Source: an uncultured Pseudomonadales bacterium
GTDB lineage: Bacteria > Patescibacteriota > Microgenomatia > UBA1400 > UBA12028
DNA length: 64,000 nt
NCBI GenBank assembly: GCA_964635905.1
Contig: CAZWPK010000001.1
Coordinates: 288,293-352,292 of the forward strand
Direction of reading: 5' to 3'
The notes beneath the pieces are model-generated. The model made no database searches and had not been told where the DNA came from. It worked only from the letters and a program-made list of their open reading frames with translations. Below are positions 10,980-20,476 of the stretch, in pieces (the first letter of the stretch is position 1; the number at the start of each line of letters is the position of its first letter). The translations under genes were made by a program, and so were the position numbers.

Positions 10980-11972
10980 TTGTATCTTGCTATGCCGTAC
11001 GACTATCGTCCGCGACCTGATAAGCAGTCTGCATCCCGACAGTCACTTTCTACACTGTTGTTCAACTTGACTCCTCGGTTCCGTTCAATGGTGATGTTCA
11101 CTGCAATTGTGTTGGGTGTGCTGTTAGGTTCTGGCGTGCTTGCTTTCATGGGAGTATCCGCATGGAGCTCACAAGGAACAACAAGTTTTGGTTTCGCTGT
11201 GTTTGATCCACATGAATCGGTAGAGGTGCGCAAACATGTTCGCATCGTTTGGGTAGATCTTCCGTCAAAAGTCATTCGAATTGTGGCACTTCCGGATGAA
11301 GCGGTCATTTCAACAGCTGCCTACGGACAATATCCCATCAGTAGTATCTATGACCTGTTTGTGATTGAAAAAAAATCAACCGATGAGCTTCTGTCATTTC
11401 TTTCCTTGCAACTTCGCGTTCCAATTCAAGCCTTCGTAGTTCCAACACGACGAAGTTTGGATCAAGCCTCGGTACGTGCCTTGGGTTCGCACATGCTGTC
11501 ATCCCGACATCATTCCTTCTCACTCATTGAGCGGTTGCGACTAGGCCTCTTTTTTCTGACGACTTCTTTTCCGGTTTCACAAACGAGTGTCACGGCGACG
11601 CAAACGCAGACGTTTCCCACACTGCCCACTAGTTACTACGACTACGCCACGCGATTTTTGACGCATCCGGCGATCAAACAGCAGCAGCCGACGATTGCGA
11701 TCTTGAATGCGTCGGGAAAAGCTGGAGCAGCACGGTTCGTCGCAGATATCATTACCCAATATGGGTTTGTCCCTGTAGTTGTCACCGATAGTGATCAACG
11801 CGTAGAACGGGGGAAACTGTATCGAAAAGAGGAAAGTAACACGCAAGTGACACAATTCTTATCAACCTTGGTGCATTTGAGTGATGAGATCGATACACAG
11901 CAGACACAACGCTATCGAGCGGATTTTGTGTTGTACGTAGGAACAGAATTAGCGGAGTTGATTACTCCATGA
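10980..11972 (+). CDS. membrane-anchored protein with LytR C-terminal-like domain (LCP family candidate)
   Basis: An N-terminal transmembrane helix is present. The C-terminal segment IAILNASGKAGAARFVADIITQYGFVPVVVTD resembles the LytR_C domain. Confidence 0.35.
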   Translation: MYLAMPYDYRPRPDKQSASRQSLSTLLFNLTPRFRSMVMFTAIVLGVLLGSGVLAFMGVSAWSSQGTTSFGFAVFDPHESVEVRKHVRIVWVDLPSKVIRIVALPDEAVISTAAYGQYPISSIYDLFVIEKKSTDELLSFLSLQLRVPIQAFVVPTRRSLDQASVRALGSHMLSSRHHSFSLIERLRLGLFFLTTSFPVSQTSVTATQTQTFPTLPTSYYDYATRFLTHPAIKQQQPTIAILNASGKAGAARFVADIITQYGFVPVVVTDSDQRVERGKLYRKEESNTQVTQFLSTLVHLSDEIDTQQTQRYRADFVLYVGTELAELITP

Positions 11973-12702
11973 AGTCGCGTTCTTCCACTGCCTGCGGTTC
12001 TGGCTCTTCCATTTCATTTCCAGTCTCACGGGTGTCTAACGGAGCTTCATCTAACAACACATCCTCATGAATTTGATTGGACCTTCCAGCAATGTTTAAC
12101 GGAAACGAGGTAGCGTATGGACTATTTTTGGCTTTCACGATCTCCTTGATGAAGACGACACAGCCTTTCTTTGACGTCGACTGGACAATAACGGAATAGG
12201 TATTTCCGGCAGTAATTAATTTTTGTAATCGAAACGCAATATCATCCGGCAGCGAACCGAGATAGGTACCGGTGCAAGAAACGACGTTGACGCGATGGTT
12301 TTTAACGACTAAATTACACTGCAATGCCATCGGGGTGGATTGAAGTATTTCTGGATCCGCTAATTTTTGAAGTGAAACAGATTTGGTTTTCCCTGGTTCT
12401 TCAATAAACTCTTCACCTGCACTGGATGATTGTAATCGTTGGGGTTTTACTTTGTGCTTGAGCATGGAGAGATATTTCGTGGCAATGGGATTAAAACGTT
12501 CTATTTCTAAGACGCTCTCATAGATACGTTTTGCCGCGGTATAGTTTTCAAGCTGCATTTCACAGAAAGCTAAACGATTTAACGCTCCGATGTTTTGTGG
12601 TTCTAAATCGAGGATGGCTTGGTTCTTTCCTTTAGCCTCCTCCCAGTTTGTATGGGTAGCAAAATCGATGGCTTGGACGGTGAGTTGGGCGACAGAATTC
12701 AT
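11962..12702 (-). CDS. TPR-repeat protein
   Basis: The N-terminal half shows tetratricopeptide-like periodicity (W/A/Y spacing). The C-terminal domain is unknown. Confidence 0.4.
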   Translation of the reverse strand: MNSVAQLTVQAIDFATHTNWEEAKGKNQAILDLEPQNIGALNRLAFCEMQLENYTAAKRIYESVLEIERFNPIATKYLSMLKHKVKPQRLQSSSAGEEFIEEPGKTKSVSLQKLADPEILQSTPMALQCNLVVKNHRVNVVSCTGTYLGSLPDDIAFRLQKLITAGNTYSVIVQSTSKKGCVVFIKEIVKAKNSPYATSFPLNIAGRSNQIHEDVLLDEAPLDTRETGNEMEEPEPQAVEERDFME

Positions 12703-12811
12703 ATTTTTTTTCTATGCATGCAAGAGTACGCAAAATCTCTTAAAGATGCAAGTTGTAACTTGCAAACATGGTAGAATACCATGGAGTTACTCAAAGATAA
12801 ACACAAACACT

Positions 12812-13366
12812 ATGGCTGGTCACAGTAAATGGCATAACATTCAAAAACGCAAAGGTGTGCAGGACAAAAAACGCAGCAAAGAATTTACTGCCGTGGCACG
12901 CCTCATTATGTCATCAGTCAAAAAATCAGGTGTGACTGACCCTGAACAAAATCCCACACTTCGATTAGCGTTAGATAAGGCACGTGCCGTCAACATGCCC
13001 AATGACAATATTAAACGCGCAATCTCCCGAGGCTCCGGAAAAAGTGAATCCGGTGCTGCCTTAGAAGAAATTTTGTACGAAGGCTACGGACCGTTTGGAA
13101 TTGGTTTTATAGTCCTAGCTCGCACCGATAATAAACAGCGAACGGGAGCAGAAATTCGCAATCTGTTTTCTGCTCACGGAGGATCATTAGCCGGTCCTGG
13201 GGCTGCAGGATACCTCTTTTCTATGTCGGAAGGGGAGTATACCCCCACTATTACCGTTGACCTACCAACGGAGCAATTAGAGACGATTGATAATTTTATG
13301 TCAGAGTTAGAATCACAAGACGACGTGGATGGTGTGTGGCATAATGCAGTGAGCTCTTCCAATTAA
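12812..13366 (+). CDS. YebC/PmpR-family DNA-binding regulatory protein
   Basis: Starts with MAGHSKWHNIQKRKG, the canonical YebC N-terminus. The start was reassigned from the track ORF to the ATG at 12812. It is shorter (184 aa) than typical YebC (about 240 aa). Confidence 0.8.
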   Translation: MAGHSKWHNIQKRKGVQDKKRSKEFTAVARLIMSSVKKSGVTDPEQNPTLRLALDKARAVNMPNDNIKRAISRGSGKSESGAALEEILYEGYGPFGIGFIVLARTDNKQRTGAEIRNLFSAHGGSLAGPGAAGYLFSMSEGEYTPTITVDLPTEQLETIDNFMSELESQDDVDGVWHNAVSSSN

Positions 13367-13386
13367 CAGGGGAATACTACAAGTGT

Positions 13387-14154
13387 ATGCGTAAGCGTGA
13401 ACGGTTTATTATTTCATCGATTCTCTTGGCATTCGGTCTGCTTGCAACTCAATTCGTTTCCTCCGACATCCGTCCGATTGCGATCGTCCTTTTTTTCATC
13501 GCTTCGTATCTGACCTCCGCTTGGGCGTTAAATAAAACGCTCAACGGTTTGGAGTGGCTGACCGTGGTTCCCTTTCCAGCCTTTTACTCACTATCAGTAT
13601 CACTATTTTACTTTTTGTTACCTTCCAATATTTTTTCGCGTGTCGCCATTTTACTTCTCTTTGGTGTCGGAATGTATGCGTTGTACTTAGCCTCCAACAT
13701 TTTTTCAGTTGGAAAAGTAAAAACAATTCAGTTATTACGGGCAGCACATGCGGTGGGCTCTTTATTTCTTTTTTTACTTTGTCTGTTCTTTTTTAATTTC
13801 GTACTGTCGCTGGGACTGTCTCCACTTCTCAACGGTCTCTCCATTGGAGCCTTTGTCTTTTTGCCGATTCTTTGTGGCATTTGGTCCATCGAGCTGCTAC
13901 CCACCTTATCCTCGCGCGTCATTGGGACAACTGTCTTTTTGTCACTAGCCTTAGGTGAGATTGGTGTTGCGTTATCAATGCTCCCAATCGGCTTGTGGGC
14001 ATCTTCGTTGTATCTCACGGCGATTCTCTATGTAGGCTATGGAATCATTCAGAATTACTTCATCGGTCGACTCTTTGCCAAGACGCTGCAGGAGTATATC
14101 TGGCTCGTCTTGTTTGTCTCTACGTCACTTCTAGTCCTTCTGGAGTGGAAATAA
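13387..14154 (+). CDS. hypothetical polytopic membrane protein
   Basis: 255 aa with 7 or more hydrophobic helices. Confidence 0.5.
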   Translation: MRKRERFIISSILLAFGLLATQFVSSDIRPIAIVLFFIASYLTSAWALNKTLNGLEWLTVVPFPAFYSLSVSLFYFLLPSNIFSRVAILLLFGVGMYALYLASNIFSVGKVKTIQLLRAAHAVGSLFLFLLCLFFFNFVLSLGLSPLLNGLSIGAFVFLPILCGIWSIELLPTLSSRVIGTTVFLSLALGEIGVALSMLPIGLWASSLYLTAILYVGYGIIQNYFIGRLFAKTLQEYIWLVLFVSTSLLVLLEWK

Positions 14155-14576
14155 CCGGCTTCGGGTTGTCTTCGTATGTAAGGGTGGAGCAGAGACTCGC
14201 GAAATTTTACTAAGTATCTCCACCATTCCGCTTTTACCCTATGGTCATCCCAACACCAACTTCACTACTAAAATAGTACGACCAAAAAGCAGGAAATAAT
14301 CGAGTAAAAACGTAAAAATAGGGAAGTTAAACCTCTAAAAATGCATTCGACAGATCAGGGGAGAGGGAAGTGATCAAACTATATCATTCACTCTGGAATT
14401 CCCATTACTAAATGTACCCAACGCAAGAATATTATAAGACGTTATGAGATATTTCACGACATGTGGAAAACTCTGAGAGAGAATCGCAGAATACGGTCGA
14501 GACGAGCGTTCAAAAGAAAACCCGAACACATCTACCGGGCATTTCAGGTGCTTGCAGAGAGTTTTCGAACTGGAAG

Positions 14577-14891
14577 CTACTCGCGTCTTTTTCCTTGCAG
14601 GAGATCTCGAATAGTCTCAATGGCATCAAGCGCTCGCCATTCATTGAATCCCTCTCTCCCTTGGAATTCAGATATCAAGTCATTAAAACTGACTTGTCCT
14701 ACGGCAAGCAGTCTCATGATAAGGAATTCAGAATATACGTGTGTATACGATTCTAAGACGGTGGCTTTAGGAATTTCCCGCATGCGAGGAGTACCGAGCT
14801 GACGATGTAGTTCATCAAGCTCTTCTGTGAAGGCTCTTCTTAATATGCTATTACTTTGTTCTAAATAGAGAGCTTCTGAACTTGTTGGCAT
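14577..14891 (-). CDS. hypothetical protein, homolog of the N-terminal domain of the 17213-18557 paralogs
   Basis: It shares the motif ILRRAFTEELDEL with VVLRRAFTELQDK in the 17895..18557 ORF. It has no GNAT-like C-terminal part. Confidence 0.35.
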   Translation of the reverse strand: MPTSSEALYLEQSNSILRRAFTEELDELHRQLGTPRMREIPKATVLESYTHVYSEFLIMRLLAVGQVSFNDLISEFQGREGFNEWRALDAIETIRDLLQGKRRE

Positions 14892-15305
14892 ATGTGATAA
14901 ATTTTATCTGAATAGTTGGAGCAGTCAAGGTATATAGTACGTCGTACAATATACCTTTTACGACGTAGTTTCTGGATTGCCGCTCAAACAGCAATCCTGC
15001 TTGTGATCACATTCCATCCCATCGTATTTTTAACCATCTATTGTTGCCGATTACAATTCTCTGACTTCCCGCTGATTGTGTTTAAGATCCCATGTGCTCC
15101 GTATATTCAACCCTATTTTGTTAAACTCCCACAAATCGTCAAAGGTAAGAAAACCCGAAGTTCAGTCGCGCTTCGTGCCACTTTAGTGCATAGAAAGCAA
15201 AAGCAAAAGAAGATAGATGACTAACCATGCTCCCTTCTGCCAAATCACCCGATTTTGGGCGTTTAAATGCCTTTTGGCCTGGTAGATCGTGTATTTGTGT
15301 AGTTC

Positions 15306-15923
15306 ATGACCGGCTATTTTGACATATTTGCGAAAGAAACTTACAATGACAGACATATGACAGATACATTGAAACCAGTACCAGAATCAGAAGTAGCTCG
15401 GACAACAGTGGCAGAGATCGATGCACGTTTAGACTACTTTAAAGGAATTTTTAAATCAACGTTACCTGAACGAACACTTAAAACGCTGGGACGCTCAAAG
15501 TATACAAAGCGACAGCCAGTCCCAGAATCTGAACTCAAAGTCGGGGAGTATTACTTAATTCGAACAAGAGATTCGTCATTACAAGAAGTTGTCATTCCGT
15601 TTAAACTCGCAACCGTGACGAATGAGGATGCGTATGGCACGCTAGTCACACGACTTCGTGCGGACACACATGACGAAATACTTGGGGCAATTGGCGGTAA
15701 TCAGATTGAAAGTATTTCTATTACTTCTGATGGCTTACGAACGTTCAAACCTGCAGATAAATCTCAGGAGAAGGATGAAACTAAGCCTGATCTAGGTCCG
15801 TTCATCGCTGGACATCTGGCTTCTAGGGATGCAGACTATGTGATATTTCCGCTCACCGTGGAGGAAGCTCAAGAAATTCGTCGTCAAATTGTTTCAAGTC
15901 TTCCACCAGAAAAACGTGATTAA
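15306..15923 (+). CDS. hypothetical protein
   Basis: A 205-aa ORF in the AT-rich segment with no recognisable motif. Confidence 0.4.
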   Translation: MTGYFDIFAKETYNDRHMTDTLKPVPESEVARTTVAEIDARLDYFKGIFKSTLPERTLKTLGRSKYTKRQPVPESELKVGEYYLIRTRDSSLQEVVIPFKLATVTNEDAYGTLVTRLRADTHDEILGAIGGNQIESISITSDGLRTFKPADKSQEKDETKPDLGPFIAGHLASRDADYVIFPLTVEEAQEIRRQIVSSLPPEKRD

Positions 15924-16260
15924 CACAGTCAACAATTATCTCACTCAAAATTCACCATCCAAGTTGTTTTCACTGCTATCGTTTCCTGAGCGCTCTATTC
16001 CCTATTGTTCCTGACCGGTTTTTGTCGCACAATGAATTAGATTTTGAGTGGTCTTCGTAATTATTTCACTTTATTATAACTACTCAAGAAAACCTGATTG
16101 TTCCAGAGGAATAAATTAAACAATGGTAATTGTAACAATTGTGTTAAAAAGGATGGATAGGTCCACACAAACACCTTACCGGAAAGATTGGCACCCAAGC
16201 ACTCCCTAATGCCAACTTCGAAGTCGACATATTATAGGTCCTAAGATTGGAGGGTAACCC

Positions 16261-17211
16261 ATGAATGCAAACACAATCCTCACTCCCCTGCACGGTCAGA
16301 TCATTCAGTTTTTAGATCATATTGAAGTAGAACGCAATTTAAGTCGATTGACGATTCGAAACTATCGCCATTACCTATCACGCTTTGCAGATTGGTTTGC
16401 ACAAGAAGGCTTTACTGACATTACCCAACTTAATTTGGACATCGTGTTAAAGTACCGCGTCTATCTGTCTCATTTTTCTGACCTCTACGGTCGCGAACTT
16501 ACTAAAAAGACCCAAGGGTATCATGTCATTGCCCTACGTTCTTTTTTAAAGTATTTGGTAAAAAATGATGTCCCCGTGATCTCCCCGGAGAAAATTGATC
16601 TTCCTAAAGGAGAGGGTTTGCACATGCATTTCCTGGATGAAACCCAAATCGAACGTCTGTTATCCCAGCCATTAATCTCCACGAAACAAGGCCTTCGGGA
16701 TCGAGCGATCCTGGAAGTCCTCTTTAGTACGGGACTACGTGTGAGTGAACTTGCCTCTTTGGATCGGGAACAAGTGGATACCCAACGGCGTGAGTTTGGG
16801 GTGATTGGAAAGGGAAGACGTGCTCGAGTCGTTTTTCTATCTGAGCGTGCTGCTTCCTATGTGGAGTCGTATGTCGTTTCCAGATCAGACCACTACTCTC
16901 CCCTGTTTATCCGAATGAACCGTGACGATGCTCCTGATACCGATGGAGAAGCCATGCGTTTGACCGTGCGTACCATTCAGCGCATTGTGGAAAAGTATGC
17001 CAAGGCTGCCAAGCTTCCAATTAAGATCACTCCCCACGGAATTCGACACTCCTTTGCCACGGACCTACTGCATAACGGAGCCGGACTTCGAGATGTCCAA
17101 GAGCTGTTGGGACATAAGAATATCGCAACCACCCAAATCTATACCCATGTGACTAGAGCTGACTTAAAAAAGGTACATGAGAAATTTCATAAGAAAGAAG
17201 AAGCTGAATAA
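16261..17211 (+). CDS. tyrosine site-specific recombinase (XerC/XerD family)
   Basis: An N-terminal SAM-like domain is followed by the catalytic R...HGIRHSFAT...LLGH...TQIYTHV with the Tyr nucleophile. The length is 316 aa. Confidence 0.85.
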   Translation: MNANTILTPLHGQIIQFLDHIEVERNLSRLTIRNYRHYLSRFADWFAQEGFTDITQLNLDIVLKYRVYLSHFSDLYGRELTKKTQGYHVIALRSFLKYLVKNDVPVISPEKIDLPKGEGLHMHFLDETQIERLLSQPLISTKQGLRDRAILEVLFSTGLRVSELASLDREQVDTQRREFGVIGKGRRARVVFLSERAASYVESYVVSRSDHYSPLFIRMNRDDAPDTDGEAMRLTVRTIQRIVEKYAKAAKLPIKITPHGIRHSFATDLLHNGAGLRDVQELLGHKNIATTQIYTHVTRADLKKVHEKFHKKEEAE

Positions 17212-17212
17212 C

Positions 17213-17926
17213 TTATCTTGTATTTCGATGTAAGAATCCCAAAACAGAGGTTTTTTTGGTACGATTTCCCAGCTTAATCTCTTTTTTGAAACGAGGGTCA
17301 CCTTCATTGTCTTTCCCATCTGCTCTATACCCAGATTTTTCGGCTTGAATACTAGTCCACCTCTTAGGAGTGCTCCTATCCCGTAGGATTATACGCAGCG
17401 TATCCACATTCTTACGTTGCCCCACTTTTTCCCAGATCGAGACAACTAATTTTTCACTTTGATCCAATAATGTAGATCCAATACCCACTGATTTTAAGTC
17501 CTCAAAATTGACCTTGATGTCAGACCAATATTCTACAGTTCTAGTATCAAGTTTTCGTTTGAGTGCATCTATGTTAAGAGATCCTGATGGATCAGCAAAG
17601 ACTGCACGATGTGCAACAATATTGTACCTTGAGTCGATAATACGAACATCGATACTAAAATTTCGTTCATGAACATTCATGGGTTTTAACACGAGTCTAA
17701 ACTTTTCAGATTTGCCATTGACCGTTGTGATGTCAAATGGTGAGGATACTACTTCATTTGTAGGCTCGTTCCCACTAGCGGAGTCAAGAATTTCCCGAGT
17801 TCTTTCTCCAAGATCAACAAATGCTTGTTCTAAATTATGTCGATTGCTAGTTCGAATTTCTTTGGATATTCCTAAGTCTTGGTCCATAGTATTCTTAATC
17901 TTTCTTTCTACGGAAAAGGCCTCCAA
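17213..17926 (-). CDS. hypothetical protein, GNAT-fold-like C-terminal domain (paralog A)
   Basis: The motif KSVGIGSTLLDQSEKLVVSIW resembles GNAT motif A (h-x-x-G-x-G). It is clearly paralogous to the adjacent ORF. Confidence 0.5.
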   Translation of the reverse strand: MEAFSVERKIKNTMDQDLGISKEIRTSNRHNLEQAFVDLGERTREILDSASGNEPTNEVVSSPFDITTVNGKSEKFRLVLKPMNVHERNFSIDVRIIDSRYNIVAHRAVFADPSGSLNIDALKRKLDTRTVEYWSDIKVNFEDLKSVGIGSTLLDQSEKLVVSIWEKVGQRKNVDTLRIILRDRSTPKRWTSIQAEKSGYRADGKDNEGDPRFKKEIKLGNRTKKTSVLGFLHRNTR

Positions 17927-18557
17927 ACAAGCTTCCCCTTCCTTTCTCTTTCAGTGGAACATATTTTTCAAAGTGAGGTAAGTTATGGGGGTTTTCATCA
18001 GCATCATCAATTCTGTTATATCCATGCGTCAAAGCCTGTTTACTTGTCCATCCTTGAGGTCTGCTATGATCGTCTGTTACAAGTCGTAGGTAATCAAAGT
18101 TCGAAGAATCTGACAGCTCTTTCCAGATTCGAAGAAGGAGAGATTCCCTTTCTTCAAAAATTACGGAACCGACACCAACGCCTCCGAGAGATTCTTGATG
18201 AATATGAAGTGATGAGTCATATTGAACACCCTGTTTTTTTGTTCCCTCTATCTCATGTGGACCATTCACAATGAATTCAGCCGCAACAATAGATTCCCCG
18301 TTAGAGTTCAGTAGGTCTAACAAAATATCCGGAGCGACTGTTGTCAACTTCATTTTGTCCAGCTTAAGTCGATATTCATCGACGTTTCCAAATCTATCTG
18401 TGAGGCGCAAAGGCTCAGAAACTATAGCATTAGTCCTGGCAATTGATTCTCTCGAGTGGAGAGCGTTCACTACTTTGTCTTGAAGTTCAGTGAATGCTCG
18501 ACGCAGAACTACTTGATTCTGTTTCTGTATTTCATGACGCTTTTCTGTTTCATCCAT
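17895..18557 (-). CDS. hypothetical protein, GNAT-fold-like C-terminal domain (paralog B)
   Basis: The motifs LGGVGVGSVIFEERESLLLRIW and DYLRLVTDDHSRPQGWTSKQALTHGYNR align with paralog A. The N-terminal LRRAFTEL motif is shared with the ORF at 14577..14891. Confidence 0.5.
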   Translation of the reverse strand: MDETEKRHEIQKQNQVVLRRAFTELQDKVVNALHSRESIARTNAIVSEPLRLTDRFGNVDEYRLKLDKMKLTTVAPDILLDLLNSNGESIVAAEFIVNGPHEIEGTKKQGVQYDSSLHIHQESLGGVGVGSVIFEERESLLLRIWKELSDSSNFDYLRLVTDDHSRPQGWTSKQALTHGYNRIDDADENPHNLPHFEKYVPLKEKGRGSLFGGLFRRKKD

Positions 18558-18563
18558 AGCTGC

Positions 18564-19334
18564 CTACAGAGTCTCATAGGATAACGTCACTGTCATGCTA
18601 AAGGTGGTGCTACCAGGTTCGACATTTGTTGGAAGTGCGGCACTACCCACTCCACCACGTCCCTCCAGTGCGACATCTTTTGCCATCATGGGATAGGGAC
18701 TGATGCCACCACCATTGGTGTTTTCGATCACATTGACGATCTTTCCAAGACGTACTCCAGACAAACTAGCCAACTCTTCTGCTTTTTCTTTGGCCCGCTT
18801 AATAGCTACCTCTCGGACTTCTTTTTCTACTTCCCTGCGCTTATCTTCTGAAAGAGTAAAGGTAACTCCACCAATCTGATTAGCTCCATCTTTTGTGGCC
18901 GTATCGACGATCTGAGTAACTTTACTAAAATCTTTGGCTTTGACCTGCAAGTTTACATTGAGCGCATAATTGGTAATGGTTTGAGTACCCGTTCGATAGT
19001 CATAGTTAGGATAGAGACTATAATTAATCGTCTTGATATCCTGTTTCTCAATTCCCATCGTCAAGAGATCTTGATTGATCTTATTGATGACCTGATTTCC
19101 ACGTTCCTGGACTTTTTGAACAGAAGAGTCAGCGACTTGAATACCAAGATTAATCTCGGCTCGATCAGGGACTGCCGTGATCTCCCCTTCCCCAGTCACG
19201 TCAAAGGTCGATTGCTTGTTCGTAGTTGTCTGCGAAATACTTAACGGCAATGGTCCGAAGACACGTGCAGCACCAAGGATTAAACCAAAACCAAGAACTG
19301 TACCTGCCACAGAAGAAAGTAGTGCTTTTTCCAT
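18564..19334 (-). CDS. SIMPL-domain protein (DUF541, BP26/YggE-like)
   Basis: An N-terminal transmembrane/signal region is followed by the duplicated beta-rich SIMPL architecture. ...GEGEITAVPDRAEINLGIQV... and ...EVREVAIKRAKEKAEELASLSGVRLGKIV... are typical of the family. Confidence 0.6.
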   Translation of the reverse strand: MEKALLSSVAGTVLGFGLILGAARVFGPLPLSISQTTTNKQSTFDVTGEGEITAVPDRAEINLGIQVADSSVQKVQERGNQVINKINQDLLTMGIEKQDIKTINYSLYPNYDYRTGTQTITNYALNVNLQVKAKDFSKVTQIVDTATKDGANQIGGVTFTLSEDKRREVEKEVREVAIKRAKEKAEELASLSGVRLGKIVNVIENTNGGGISPYPMMAKDVALEGRGGVGSAALPTNVEPGSTTFSMTVTLSYETL

Positions 19335-19408
19335 AAGTTCTCCAATTTAAAGAGATACTGTGTTTTTACCAGAATACCACAGAATACCCGAGGTATAAAA
19401 GAGTCCTA

Positions 19409-19849
19409 TTAATCACGCACCACAGAGACATCTCGCCTAAGTTGATCAGCACTTATCTCTTTCTTATAAGGTACAACTGCTGGCTGATATTTAGGATGGA
19501 GTGCCATAAAGTAGTAAACTAGAGAACCGCGATTATCTATTTGTGAACCAGCGTATTTATACTCATTTCCAAATATGTAGTAGATACTAGTGAAATTTAG
19601 TCTTTCTGGATGCATAACAAATAGTCATTAACTTCGATCATATTCCCTAACTTGATAGAGTTCATCTAAGAGTAAGTACGACGTTCGAAGCCTATTGAGC
19701 CGAGGGTCAGCATCGACTACCCAAGGAATGAAGACATAGGATACTCCATTATCAGTATCTTCATTGATCCCTGCGAATTGTCGAATTCCGAATGTGTGTC
19801 CGTCATCAATTTCGTATGTCCGATAGAGTTCTAGATTATTTGGTGTCAT
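19409..19849 (-). pseudogene. disrupted ORF: two in-frame segments separated by a TAA stop
   Basis: The ORFs 19628..19849 and 19409..19615 share the same frame on the minus strand. They are separated by a TAA and 4 codons. No family was recognised. Confidence 0.25.
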
Positions 19850-19884
19850 AGATATAGAAATGAATATAGCGTCACCGAGTGGGT

Positions 19885-20373
19885 TTATAGTCGATGTCTT
19901 CTGCGATTTTTTGCAATCTCCAAAATCTTTTGCATTCTCTGTTCTGGAGTGCGTGTGTTTGCATCCAGATGATAGGACAAGGTAATTCCATCAGTTTCTG
20001 TGATACCTGAAATTCTCCTCCCCTCCTGCGACGTTGGGAATAATGCTGTGACCACAATTTTGTCTTGATGTCCATCTGGTAAGGCGATCTTATTTGCTTC
20101 CAGCAGTCCAACTGCAATGTATTGAGCGGTGCGGCCTATTTGCCGTTTCTGATCAGCTTCTCGGGTGTAAGAGGTTTCTCGAATAAACGCAGTTGGTGCA
20201 TGTAAAGCTACCCCTACTAAAGCATAGAATTTGGGGTCGAAATACAGGTCGAGCAATAGATCGAAGCTTTCTCCATAGTGGCGAGGTCGAACATGAACGC
20301 TTAACTGATCGCTACTTTGAACATCATACGCACGAAGATTTTTTATCAATTTCTGATATCTCTCTAAATCCAT
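19885..20373 (-). CDS. hypothetical protein
   Basis: A 162-aa ORF with no recognisable motif. Confidence 0.4.
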   Translation of the reverse strand: MDLERYQKLIKNLRAYDVQSSDQLSVHVRPRHYGESFDLLLDLYFDPKFYALVGVALHAPTAFIRETSYTREADQKRQIGRTAQYIAVGLLEANKIALPDGHQDKIVVTALFPTSQEGRRISGITETDGITLSYHLDANTRTPEQRMQKILEIAKNRRRHRL

Positions 20374-20476
20374 AGAACTGGAGTCTACAAAATCTTTTTT
20401 TTCGAATCAATAGCCAATCCTATACTATTGGATTGTAGGGTTCTTGTGCATCTAACTATACAGAAAATAATGATGG

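Noticed and set aside
16261-17211. Calling the tyrosine recombinase a phage integrase with a tRNA att site
   Set aside because: There is no tRNA gene or recognisable direct repeat adjacent to it in this window. It could equally be the chromosomal XerC/D, so it is left as a family-level call.
20380-20420. Hairpin CAATCC-N9-GGATTG downstream of gyrA as its terminator
   Set aside because: The flanking U-run is on the wrong side for a minus-strand terminator and too weak for the plus strand. It was not called.
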